64,000 nucleotides of DNA from an uncultured Acidobacteriota bacterium (GTDB taxonomy: Bacteria; Acidobacteriota; Vicinamibacteria; Vicinamibacterales; UBA8438): the NCBI GenBank assembly GCA_913043225.1, contig CAJWLU010000001.1, positions 96,001-160,000 on the forward strand, given 5' to 3'. Each line of letters begins with the position of its first letter. Positions within the stretch are counted from its first letter, which is position 1. A model generated the notes under the pieces. It was not told the origin of the DNA, made no database searches, and saw only the letters and a program-made list of their open reading frames with translations. Made by a program: the position numbers and the translations under genes. Of the stretch, positions 9,161 to 18,297 are shown piece by piece.

Positions 9161-10402
9161 TCACAACACCATCAGCGCCGGCTGTTCGAGATAACGCTTC
9201 ACAGCAGCAAGCAGCTCGGCACCGGTCGCGCCATCGATGGCGCGATGATCCGCCGAGAGCGTGCAACTCATCATCGTCCCGATCCGAACATCGTTGCCTA
9301 CCGCGATCGGCCGCCTCGTCGCCGACCCCACCCCGAGCACACAGCTCTGCGGAGGGTTGACGATGGCGAACAGGCTATCGACACCGTACATCCCCAGGTT
9401 GGAGATAGTGAACGTGCCGCCCGTGTAGTCATCCGGCCGAAGGGAGCCCTCCCGGGCCCGCGCAACCAGCGCCCGGCTATCGCGAGCGATGTCGCCCAGA
9501 TCCTTCGTGTCGGCCGCCCGGATGATCGGCGTGATCAGCCCGTCAGCGGTGTTCACGGCCAGGGCGATGTCGACGGCATCATAGAGGCGGAGTGCGCCAC
9601 CCGCCCAGGCCGAGTTAGCGCGCGGCACGTGTCGGAGCGCGAGCGCCGCAGCTCGGATCACCAGGTCGGTCAACGTTGGCGCCTGGTCACGTCCGAGTGT
9701 CTTCGCCTGGGCGATAACGACCATGGCGGCATCGACGTCGCACTCGGCCCTCAGGTAGAAGTGCGGTACCGTCTGCTTCGCCTGCTCCATCCGCGTCGCC
9801 GTCACGCGACGCATGGCGGTCAGCGGTTCGTCACGGAAGCCCCCGCCCTCGCTCGCGGCAGCCGAGGCCAACGACGTCTCCGCTCCCAGGGCGCCAGGAA
9901 GCAATCGGTCGATGTCGGCCTTCATGATCCGTCCGTCGCGTCCGGTGCCGGCCACCTTCGAGAGATCGATCCCGGCGGCGGACGCCATCCTCCTGGCCAT
10001 CGGTGTAACTGCAACCGCAGCGCCCTCAGTCGACGCCGCGTCAACGGTCTCCTCTTCGGCTTGCGACAGGGTCGTGGACGCGGCCGTCTTCTCGAGCGGC
10101 GCCGTGGGTGCCGTCGACACGGCCGCCAGGGTCGGCCCGCTCGTCTCCGCATGCGGCCGGATGAGCGCCAGCAGTGCCCCGGTCTCGATCCCCTCGGTCC
10201 CCTCGGCGACCTGGATCGCGCTCAGTACCCCCGCGACCGGCGCCTCGAGCTCGACCGTCGTCTTGTCTGTTTCGACTTCGACGATCGGCTCACCAGCCTC
10301 GACACGATCGCCTTCACGCTTGAGCCAGGCGCCCACGATCACCTCAGTGACCGAATCGGCCAGCTGCGGCAGACGCACCTCGGTCGGTAACTCCCCACTC
10401 AT
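9161..10402 (-). CDS. 2-oxoacid dehydrogenase E2 (dihydrolipoamide acyltransferase), single lipoyl domain
   Basis: Lipoyl motif ETDKTT, binding domain TPMARRMA-GTGRDGRI, GGTFTISNLGMYG and catalytic DHRAIDG. Confidence 0.93.
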   Translation of the reverse strand: MSGELPTEVRLPQLADSVTEVIVGAWLKREGDRVEAGEPIVEVETDKTTVELEAPVAGVLSAIQVAEGTEGIETGALLALIRPHAETSGPTLAAVSTAPTAPLEKTAASTTLSQAEEETVDAASTEGAAVAVTPMARRMASAAGIDLSKVAGTGRDGRIMKADIDRLLPGALGAETSLASAAASEGGGFRDEPLTAMRRVTATRMEQAKQTVPHFYLRAECDVDAAMVVIAQAKTLGRDQAPTLTDLVIRAAALALRHVPRANSAWAGGALRLYDAVDIALAVNTADGLITPIIRAADTKDLGDIARDSRALVARAREGSLRPDDYTGGTFTISNLGMYGVDSLFAIVNPPQSCVLGVGSATRRPIAVGNDVRIGTMMSCTLSADHRAIDGATGAELLAAVKRYLEQPALMVL

Positions 10403-12753
10403 CTAACACACAACCTCGCCGCCGCCTCCACGATAGCGTCGGCATCCAACTGATATGCCGCATACAGGTCCGGCACATCACCGGACTGGCCAAAACTAGT
10501 AACCCCAAGCGGGAGCACCCGATGCGATCCCACCGCCCCCAACCAGGACAGGGTCGCGGGATGGCCGTCGAGCACCGTCACCAGCCCCGCGTCGGTCGCC
10601 AGCGGCTCCAGCAGTCGCCGGACCGGCGCCTTGCTTGGCCTCCCTGCGATCACCGCCCGCATCCACTGCTGGTGCAGTCGGCCCGGACAGGTCACCACGA
10701 GCAGCCCGACGCCCGGAATATCCTCGACGATCTGCGCATGAGCATCCAACGCCTGGTCCACAATGGCACCGCTCGCCACGATGGCCAGTTCAGCCCCCTC
10801 AGCCGGAGGCCGCAGCCAATAACCACCATCAACGATCTGGCGGTGGTCTGCAAGCGTCAACTCCCGATCGGGCTGCGCCAGCGGGCGGGTTGAGAGGCGT
10901 AAATAGACGGCTCCCCCCTCGTCCGCCTGCATATGCTCGAAACTCCACCGGAGCACGACCGCAAGCTCGTCCACGTAGGCCGGTTCGAACGCGGTGAGTC
11001 CCGGCTGCCCCATCCCGATGAGCGGCGTCACGACAGATTGGTGCGCACCGCCCTCTGGGGCTAAGCTAACTCCGGACGGCGTTGCAACGACGAGGAACCG
11101 CGCGTCCTGGTAGCAGGCGTAATTCAGCGCATCAAGCCCACGGCTAATGAATGGGTCATAGAGCGTTCCGATGGGGAGCAGCCGGGTCCCGAACAGCGGC
11201 CCCGTCAACCCGAGCGCAGCGAGCAGCAAGAACAGGTTGTTCTCAGCAATCCCCAGCTCAAGATGCTGTCCCTCGGGCCCCATCGTCCAGTCTTGAGCCG
11301 ACAACGGCTGGTCGCCGCGAAAGACATCCGCCTGCGCCGACTTATTGAAGACGCCCCGGCGATTGACCCAGCCTCCGAGATTAGTGGACACCGTAACGTC
11401 GGGCGACGTGGTCACGATGCGATCCGCTAGCTCGGGGTGACGTCGCGCGATGTCGGCCAGCACCCGTCCGAAGCCAGCCTGAGTGGAAAGCCGGTCGCCA
11501 GGAGGCGGTGTCAGCGACTCTGGCACCGGCACCAGCGCCGCCACGTGACGCCGCTCGGCCGACTGACTGAACGGCACGGTGTTGAGGAACGCGCGAAGCC
11601 GCACTGGGGAAACATCCAGTCCCGCGAACGGGTCCCACTCGGCTCCCGCCTCGATGCCCATCTGGTCACGCAGGGTAGCTATCTGGTCAGGTGTGGTCAG
11701 ACCCGAGTGGTTGTCCTTATGGCCCTCGAACGGGAGACCGTGCCCCTTGATGGTGTAGGCGATAAAGCAGACTGGCGTCTCCTCGGTAGCGGCCTCGTGA
11801 AATGCCTCCCGCACCGCCTCCAGATCGTGGCCGGCCAGATTGGTCATCAGCGTGTGCAACCCGACATCGTCATGCTCGTCGAGCAGCTCCGCGATACCCG
11901 AGGTATCCCCGAGGTCGCGGACCAGCCGCTCCCGCCAGGCGGCGCCACCCTGATAGGCCAGCGCGGAATACTCGGAGTTCGGGCAATCATCAATCCACCG
12001 CCGGAGCGACTCGCCACCACGGCGGGCGAACGCCGTCTCGAGTCGCTTGCCATACTTGAGGGTGACCACCCGCCACTCCATCGACGCAAACAGCGTGTCG
12101 AGCCGATGGAAGAAACGGTCGGCCACGATCGCATCAAGGCTCTGGCGGTTATAGTCGACGATCCACCAGGTGTTGGTGATTTGGTGCTTCCAGGACTCGA
12201 GCAGCGCCTCGAAGACGTTGCCCTCGTCGAACTCGGCGTCGCCAGCCACCGCGATCATGCGACCAGGAGGGGCGTCGCCGTCGATGAGCTTCCGGTGCCG
12301 GAGATAGTCTTGCGCTAGCGCGGTGAAGCTGGTCATGGCCACCCCCAGACCAACCGACCCGGTGGAGAGGTCGACGTCGTCGAGGTCCTTCGTCCGCGAG
12401 GGATACGACTGCGCGCCCCCGAAGGCCCGGAAGCGCTCCAGCTGCTCACGGCTCTGGTTGCCAAGCAGGTACTGGATCGCGTGAAACACCGGGCTACCGT
12501 GCGGCTTGACTGCCACCCGATCGAACGGCCGCAGCACGTCGAAATACAGGGCAGTCATCAGCGTCACCATCGACGCACATGACGCCTGGTGCCCCCCAAC
12601 CTTAAGCCCGTCCCGGCTGGGGCGCACATGATTGGCGTGGTGGATCATCCAGGCGCTAAGCCAGAGCACCTTCTGTTCAAGTGCGGCCAGGCACTCCTCA
12701 GAGGTCGTGTTCGCGACCGAGGCCGACACGCCAGAGAGAGAGGGAACTGTCAT
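10399..12753 (-). CDS. Homodimeric AceE-like pyruvate/2-oxoacid dehydrogenase E1 (ThDP-dependent)
   Basis: KVGGHQASCAS, TGSVGLG, ThDP motif GDAEFDEG..N, ELGIAE and EGGAHQS. Overlaps the E2 start. Confidence 0.88.
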   Translation of the reverse strand: MTVPSLSGVSASVANTTSEECLAALEQKVLWLSAWMIHHANHVRPSRDGLKVGGHQASCASMVTLMTALYFDVLRPFDRVAVKPHGSPVFHAIQYLLGNQSREQLERFRAFGGAQSYPSRTKDLDDVDLSTGSVGLGVAMTSFTALAQDYLRHRKLIDGDAPPGRMIAVAGDAEFDEGNVFEALLESWKHQITNTWWIVDYNRQSLDAIVADRFFHRLDTLFASMEWRVVTLKYGKRLETAFARRGGESLRRWIDDCPNSEYSALAYQGGAAWRERLVRDLGDTSGIAELLDEHDDVGLHTLMTNLAGHDLEAVREAFHEAATEETPVCFIAYTIKGHGLPFEGHKDNHSGLTTPDQIATLRDQMGIEAGAEWDPFAGLDVSPVRLRAFLNTVPFSQSAERRHVAALVPVPESLTPPPGDRLSTQAGFGRVLADIARRHPELADRIVTTSPDVTVSTNLGGWVNRRGVFNKSAQADVFRGDQPLSAQDWTMGPEGQHLELGIAENNLFLLLAALGLTGPLFGTRLLPIGTLYDPFISRGLDALNYACYQDARFLVVATPSGVSLAPEGGAHQSVVTPLIGMGQPGLTAFEPAYVDELAVVLRWSFEHMQADEGGAVYLRLSTRPLAQPDRELTLADHRQIVDGGYWLRPPAEGAELAIVASGAIVDQALDAHAQIVEDIPGVGLLVVTCPGRLHQQWMRAVIAGRPSKAPVRRLLEPLATDAGLVTVLDGHPATLSWLGAVGSHRVLPLGVTSFGQSGDVPDLYAAYQLDADAIVEAAARLCVR

Positions 12754-12808
12754 AACACCGTCACCGATCGTATCCGGACCGGGCCCGAAGGCGCACGGGG
12801 GGTCTCGC

Positions 12809-13849
12809 TCAGCGGTCCGGCGGTTCGTACTTGAGCAGGGCGCCGCCGTAGGCCACTACGGCGCCATAGACCGTCCCGTCCGGGGCTACGGCCACGCCTT
12901 CGGGGTTCGAGCCGTCGATGAAGGCCGTCAGCGAACCGTCCCGCAAATTGCCGATCCGAATGCCGTACTCCCAACCCGAGTGCTGCCCGTTCCGTGACGA
13001 GGCGGAATCGGCCACGTACACCGTGTCGTCGGCGGCAATGTGTAACCCGCTCGGCCGGCTGTATTGATAGAACTCCTCGATGAACTCGCCCCCGGTGTCG
13101 AACACCTGCAGCCGGTCATTGCCGCGGTCGGCCACAACCACCCGCCCCCGGGAATCGAGGTCGATCGCGTGAGGGGTCCGGAATTGCCCCGGCCCGCTGC
13201 CATGCGACCCCCACTCGCCTATGTAGGCACCGTCGGAGGCGAACTTGACGACCCTGGCGGTAGTGTGCGGACCTGCATCGGCCGCCTGCCCCCCATGTCC
13301 ATCGGCCACGAAGATGGTGCCGTCGGCCGCAGTCACGACGTCACAGGGTTGATCCAGCGTATCGCGGCCAGCCGCTCCCACGCCGGGCGTGCCGAGCGTT
13401 AGGAGCAGGTCGCCGTCTGGACTGAACTTCATCACGACGTGCCCCTTACCTTCGCGGGCAGGGTCTCGTCCGTCAGGACCCAACGAGTCAGTCACCCAGA
13501 CTGCACCGGCCTGATCGACGTGGAGTCCGTGCGGCTGCACCATCATGCCCCGACCGAAACTCGCAACCAAAGTCCCGTCCAGTCTGAACTTCAGGATCGG
13601 ATCAAGATCGGACCGCGCGCAGTCGTTGGCACCGCAGCGCTCGGCTACCCAGAGATGGCGTCCGTCGGGATCCACGTCAACCCCGCCGGTTGATCCCCAC
13701 TCACGACCGGCCGGCAATCCCGCCCAGTCCTCGGCCGTCACATACGGATTGGGAGCGTCGTTCTGGGGAAGGATATCTGGCTGGGCACTAGCCGAGGAGG
13801 CGGCCACGGCCACGAACATGAACGTCTGCACGCGTGACGCGAAGAACAC
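12809..13849 (-). CDS. Secreted NHL-repeat beta-propeller, peptidyl-alpha-hydroxyglycine alpha-amidating lyase (PAL)-like
   Basis: QPHGLHVD, FVADGHG, GSGPGQFRTPHAI and VADRGNDRLQVF. Signal peptide present. Confidence 0.8.
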   Translation of the reverse strand: MFFASRVQTFMFVAVAASSASAQPDILPQNDAPNPYVTAEDWAGLPAGREWGSTGGVDVDPDGRHLWVAERCGANDCARSDLDPILKFRLDGTLVASFGRGMMVQPHGLHVDQAGAVWVTDSLGPDGRDPAREGKGHVVMKFSPDGDLLLTLGTPGVGAAGRDTLDQPCDVVTAADGTIFVADGHGGQAADAGPHTTARVVKFASDGAYIGEWGSHGSGPGQFRTPHAIDLDSRGRVVVADRGNDRLQVFDTGGEFIEEFYQYSRPSGLHIAADDTVYVADSASSRNGQHSGWEYGIRIGNLRDGSLTAFIDGSNPEGVAVAPDGTVYGAVVAYGGALLKYEPPDR

Positions 13850-13855
13850 GGGTTC

Positions 13856-15427
13856 CTACTGGGCAACGATGGCGGCTCGTCCCTGACGCAGGACATACTT
13901 CTGGATCTTCCCGGTGGCCGTCTTCGGGAGCTCGTCGACGAAGTGCACCTTGCGCGGAGTCTTGAAGTTGGCCATGTGCTCTCGCGCGTAGGCAACGAGC
14001 TGGTCGGCTGTCATCATCGCCTCCGGAGCCAACACGATGAACGCATGTGGGGTCTCGCCCCATTTCTCGTCGGGCATGCCCACAACCGCCACCTCCTGGA
14101 TTGATGGATGCCGCATCAGCACTCCCTCGACTTCAACCGACGAGATGTTCTCGCCGCCACTGATGATGACGTCCTTGAAGCGGTCGCGGATCTCCACGTA
14201 GCCATCGGGATGGACCACAGCGGCGTCGCCGCTGTGGAACCAGCCGCCCCGCATGGCGTGAGCCGTTGCATCGGGGTCGTTGTAGTACCCCTCCATCACC
14301 ACATTGCCACGCACCACGATCTCACCGAGCGTCTCGGCATCACGTGGCACCGGGACGCCGTCCTCGTCCACCACCTGCAGTTCGCCCGAGGTGATGAGCT
14401 CAACGCCCTGGCGCGCCTTGACTACGGCGCGCTCATGGAGCGCCAGTTCGACATGCTCTGGGCGGGCCTCACAAACGGTTATGAACGGTGCGGTCTCGGT
14501 CAATCCGTAGACGTGTGTCAAATCCCACCCGAACTCGCCCTCGACCCGCTCGATAGTCGCCGCCGCCGGTGGAGCCCCCGCGGTGAGCACCCGCACGCCG
14601 GACGGCACGTCGCCCCGCTGGTCGGCGGAACAGCTCGCCAGTCCGATCAATACGGTGGGCGCGGCGCACAGCATGCTGACCCGTTCATCGCGCATTAACT
14701 GGAAAGCCTGCACGGGATCCACCTTCCGCAAACAGATGTGGACCCCACCCACGGCGGTCACGATCCAGGTGAACGTCCAGCCGTTGGCGTGGAACATCGG
14801 CAACGTCCATAAGTAGCGATCGACACAACTCATCGGGATGTGGACGAGCGTGCCCACCGCGTTCATGTAGGCGTTGCGGTGCGTGATCATCACGCCCTTC
14901 GGGCGTGAGGTGGTACCGCTGGTGTAGTTGATGGTCAGCAGATCCTGCTCCGAGATGTCCGGGCGGCTGAACTCGCCGGACTCAGTCGTACACAGCGCCT
15001 CGTAGTCGAGCCAACCTCCTCGCTCGCCTTCGAGTGCGACGTAGTGCTCGACCGACGGACAGTTAGCACGTATGCCGTCTACCGTCTCGAGGAAGTCGGC
15101 ATGGGCGCACACCACCCGGGCTCCCGAGTGCTGGACGATGTATTCGATCTCCTGCGGCTTGAGGCGGAAGTTGATCGGCACCAGAACAGCGCCGGCCTGA
15201 GGCACAGCGTAGAACGACTCAAGGTGCGCCGCGGTATTCAGCGAGATGTAGGCGACCCGGTCACCCTTGCCGACTCCCAGGCGCTGTAGCGCCGCCGACC
15301 ATCGGTCGGCGTGCTGGAAAAACGCCTCGTAGGTGAGCCTCCGCCCCTCGTCGACAACGCACTCTCGCTCGGGATACAGCGCCCGGGCCCGACGCTGAAA
15401 CTCGAGCGGGGTGAGCGGGGTCTCCAC
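13856..15427 (-). CDS. Acyl-CoA synthetase / fatty-acid-CoA ligase
   Basis: YTSGTTSRPKG, YGLTET, WFHSGD, DRFKDVIISGGENIS and PKTATGKIQK. Confidence 0.93.
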   Translation of the reverse strand: METPLTPLEFQRRARALYPERECVVDEGRRLTYEAFFQHADRWSAALQRLGVGKGDRVAYISLNTAAHLESFYAVPQAGAVLVPINFRLKPQEIEYIVQHSGARVVCAHADFLETVDGIRANCPSVEHYVALEGERGGWLDYEALCTTESGEFSRPDISEQDLLTINYTSGTTSRPKGVMITHRNAYMNAVGTLVHIPMSCVDRYLWTLPMFHANGWTFTWIVTAVGGVHICLRKVDPVQAFQLMRDERVSMLCAAPTVLIGLASCSADQRGDVPSGVRVLTAGAPPAAATIERVEGEFGWDLTHVYGLTETAPFITVCEARPEHVELALHERAVVKARQGVELITSGELQVVDEDGVPVPRDAETLGEIVVRGNVVMEGYYNDPDATAHAMRGGWFHSGDAAVVHPDGYVEIRDRFKDVIISGGENISSVEVEGVLMRHPSIQEVAVVGMPDEKWGETPHAFIVLAPEAMMTADQLVAYAREHMANFKTPRKVHFVDELPKTATGKIQKYVLRQGRAAIVAQ

Positions 15428-15428
15428 G

Positions 15429-16751
15429 TCAGTCGTCGTCGCTCGTCCGGCGCGCGCGCCGGTCGGCGACGATGGCGTCGTAGTCCTCTTCGGTCAGATA
15501 CGTCATGTTCACATGCGCGTGATACATGTCGTCGTAGCTCCGCTGCCCCCACCCGACCCACTGGGTCGGATCCGGGTTCGCACGATTGGCCGCCGTGTTG
15601 TCATGTACCGCGGTCAAGTGAATGATCGTACCGGCGGGCAGGACGGGCGCAGAATCGTCCGTGTAGACGTAGTTCACGTGCCAGTTGAAGTCGAAGTTTC
15701 CGACGTGGTTCAGCATCTCGACGCGGCCATCTGGATAGATCGCTTCCATTGACATCGACTTGCCCCGTACGTGCATGTGCGGCTGGTAGTTCTCGAGACG
15801 CGCCGGCAGGGTCAGCGGCACATAGGCATGGTGCGTCGTCACCTTCCCGGGCGGGATGTCCAGCGTCGCCATCGACTGCTGCACGCCGAGCGCGCGCCCG
15901 AAGACGCGATACTTCGGCACATAGCCTTTTTCGTGTAGCCAGATTCCCACCTCGGTGTAGCTTGTGAGCTCCTCGCCCACCGAATGGTAGTGGTTGTCGA
16001 ACGCGATGCGGGAATCCGCCTTCAGCAGCTTACCGGTGTTCTCGCGGAACACGTCCCCGATCTTGCCGACTGCGAACTCGGTCAGATAGCTGCCACGTCC
16101 CGGCACGTCCACGGCCGGCGTGTGATCACCGGCCTGCTCCTCCTGCTGGAGATACACCACCGAGTGATGGGTGACCCGTCGTCCGCCACCCATCGACGGT
16201 CGCACCTCCATCCCCGTGATCCAGCGGTCTTCAGTCAACCCAGTCGGTACGACCGGCTGCCACCACTGGTCCTGGCCTTCGGCTGCCTGGGTCCAAGGGT
16301 CGGAGGCCACGACCAAATCCGGCTCCCGGCCATACCGCTCCGCGAGCCGCCACACATCCTCAGCCGGCCAATTCACCGGCGGGGGAGCGTCGGCCGCGTT
16401 TCCCCGGGGCGCGCCGGCGTCGACCCAGCGCGCGACGATGTCGATCTCGGCGTCGCTCAGCGACGTGTCGTTCTCGAATTGCCGGATGCCGACGGTCTTG
16501 TCGAGGTGCCAGGGAGGCATCACCCGCCCGACCACCTTCTCCCGGACTGCGCGCGCCCAGGGCCTGACGTCCTCATAGGTCACCAGCGACATCGGCCCCA
16601 TCTGCCCGGGCCGGTGACAGCCCTGACAGCTGCGCTGCAGTATGGACTCGACATCGCGCGTGAAGGTGACCTCGGTCTGCGCAGACACACTTACCGCTCC
16701 GAAGAGGGCAAGGGCGGCCGTCATGGCCCCGATTCGTCCGTTGGTCATCAT
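15429..16751 (-). CDS. Secreted cytochrome c fused to a copper type II (PHM/DBH-like) monooxygenase
   Basis: Signal peptide and haem motif CQGCH. Copper ligands THHS, NHYH, PHMH and WGQRSYDDM. The ATG at 16751 follows AGGAG; the ORF extension to 16916 overlaps the upstream gene. Confidence 0.75.
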   Translation of the reverse strand: MMTNGRIGAMTAALALFGAVSVSAQTEVTFTRDVESILQRSCQGCHRPGQMGPMSLVTYEDVRPWARAVREKVVGRVMPPWHLDKTVGIRQFENDTSLSDAEIDIVARWVDAGAPRGNAADAPPPVNWPAEDVWRLAERYGREPDLVVASDPWTQAAEGQDQWWQPVVPTGLTEDRWITGMEVRPSMGGGRRVTHHSVVYLQQEEQAGDHTPAVDVPGRGSYLTEFAVGKIGDVFRENTGKLLKADSRIAFDNHYHSVGEELTSYTEVGIWLHEKGYVPKYRVFGRALGVQQSMATLDIPPGKVTTHHAYVPLTLPARLENYQPHMHVRGKSMSMEAIYPDGRVEMLNHVGNFDFNWHVNYVYTDDSAPVLPAGTIIHLTAVHDNTAANRANPDPTQWVGWGQRSYDDMYHAHVNMTYLTEEDYDAIVADRRARRTSDDD

Positions 16752-16791
16752 CGTCTCCTGGTCTTCTGGCGCCATTTCCGGCGGCAGGTCC

Positions 16792-17634
16792 CTACTGTAC
16801 CGTGACCGGCACGAACCCATTCGTCCAGCAGCAGAAAAATCCTCCGGCCATGATGGCGGCCTGGCCACCCGAATCGTCCCAGGCGAGCACGCGCAGCACA
16901 TACTCTCCAGGCGCATCGAACGTCACCATCGTCTCCGCGCGGGCGTCGGCGCCGACCTCTGGAGTGGTCGACGAGAACGCCACCCCGCCGGGCCCACGGT
17001 ACTTGCTCCACACTAGGCCGAACCGGGGCGGGCGGTCCGCCGAGCGCGCCTTGCGCACCCCATCATCGGAGGCCCAGACGCGAATCGGCGTCGGCACCCC
17101 GGTCTCGGCGGTCACGCGGTCAGCGCGCACGCCGAACGGTCCCTGTCCAGCGGCACCGTCGGCACCCTGGAACCGGACGACCGGGGGCGTATTCCCGCTC
17201 GTTACCTCTTCGAGCGCCGTGATCTCCCAGCCGGGCTCCAAGTGCCCGGGAATCACGATTGTCTCACCGTACGACGTCAAGCTCCAGATCAGCCGGGCCT
17301 CACCGAAATCGGCCGGCACCGTCACCCCAAAGACCCCGGTATGGCGGCGCGGCAGGAAGTGCGTCGGCTGCCCCCGATCCGTCGGACCCGGCTCAAACCG
17401 GTTCTCCGGACCGACCGGAATCGTCAACTCTTCTTGGTAGTTCCGATTGAAGTAGCCGAAAACCAGCGTTCGTGTCCCATCGGTATTGCGGTACCACCCT
17501 TCGTACGAGGCGGTGACGCTCTGACCGCGCTCATGCGGTATCGGTGCGCCCAGACGGATGTCCTGTCCCAGACTCGGCTGGACGACCAGGAGCGACAGAC
17601 ACAGTCCGACGCCTCCACAAAATACTCGCTGCAC
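16792..17634 (-). CDS. Secreted hypothetical protein with a C-terminal Ig/PKD-like region
   Basis: Probable GTG start at 17634 gives a signal peptide. Motifs YEGWY, FGYFNRN, WSKYRGPG, PGEYVLRV and FFCCWTN. Confidence 0.7.
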   Translation of the reverse strand: MQRVFCGGVGLCLSLLVVQPSLGQDIRLGAPIPHERGQSVTASYEGWYRNTDGTRTLVFGYFNRNYQEELTIPVGPENRFEPGPTDRGQPTHFLPRRHTGVFGVTVPADFGEARLIWSLTSYGETIVIPGHLEPGWEITALEEVTSGNTPPVVRFQGADGAAGQGPFGVRADRVTAETGVPTPIRVWASDDGVRKARSADRPPRFGLVWSKYRGPGGVAFSSTTPEVGADARAETMVTFDAPGEYVLRVLAWDDSGGQAAIMAGGFFCCWTNGFVPVTVQ

Positions 17635-17763
17635 GATGCCGTGATCATGAAGAACCCACCTGCAGGTGTCAACGGCCCCAACCACACAACCGTACAGAGA
17701 AAGAGGGCCGGAGTGCGTCGAGCACTCCTGCCCTCTGCGTACTAAGTGGTCCAGCAAGGAGAC

Positions 17764-18093
17764 CTAGACCATATCCTTCAGCTTCTTCAGTGGAAGGACC
17801 TTAACTCGCGTCGACGCGGGCTTGGCAGCCACGTCCATGAGTTCGCCTGGACGGAACGGGTTCGGGACATTCTTCCGCGCCTTCTGTGCCGGCTTTCGGA
17901 CGGTCTTGATCTTCATCAGGCCAGGCACGGTGCAGATCCCGACCGCTCCCTTAGCCACATGACGACCGATGACCCCTTCGAGCGCCTCGAATACCGAGGC
18001 CACCTGCTTCTTCGACAGATCGGTAGACTCGGCGATGTTCGCCAGCATCTGGGTCTTCGTCATCGCCGCCTTAAGCTTCGTGCTTCTCGCCAA
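17764..18093 (-). CDS. HU family DNA-binding protein (HU-like)
   Basis: MTKTQM..IAESTDLSKKQV, PGLMKI, NPF arm and KLKDMV. TTG start after GGGAGG. Confidence 0.88.
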   Translation of the reverse strand: MARSTKLKAAMTKTQMLANIAESTDLSKKQVASVFEALEGVIGRHVAKGAVGICTVPGLMKIKTVRKPAQKARKNVPNPFRPGELMDVAAKPASTRVKVLPLKKLKDMV

Positions 18094-18297
18094 TCTCGCC
18101 TCCCGGGTAATGCGTGAACGAACCGATAACGTCCGAGTATGTTACCTGTATTACACAGTTTTTCCACGCGCAGATTGAATATCTCCGGCTGTACCGCCTA
18201 GACCGGTCCCTGTCGAGGTTGGCCACCACCCCAGAGGTTCTCGCCTGGGGGCGTCTTGATCAACACTGTTGGGCGCAACGACAATCACCGACGACCC

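Noticed and set aside
9053..10390. 445-aa plus-strand ORF
   Set aside because: Antisense shadow of the E2 gene, typical of high-GC DNA, with no motifs.
18094..18297. Possible cobalamin riboswitch upstream of the B12 mutase
   Set aside because: No B12-box or conserved GGGAA/GCCACTG elements were seen. The region looks like divergent promoters.
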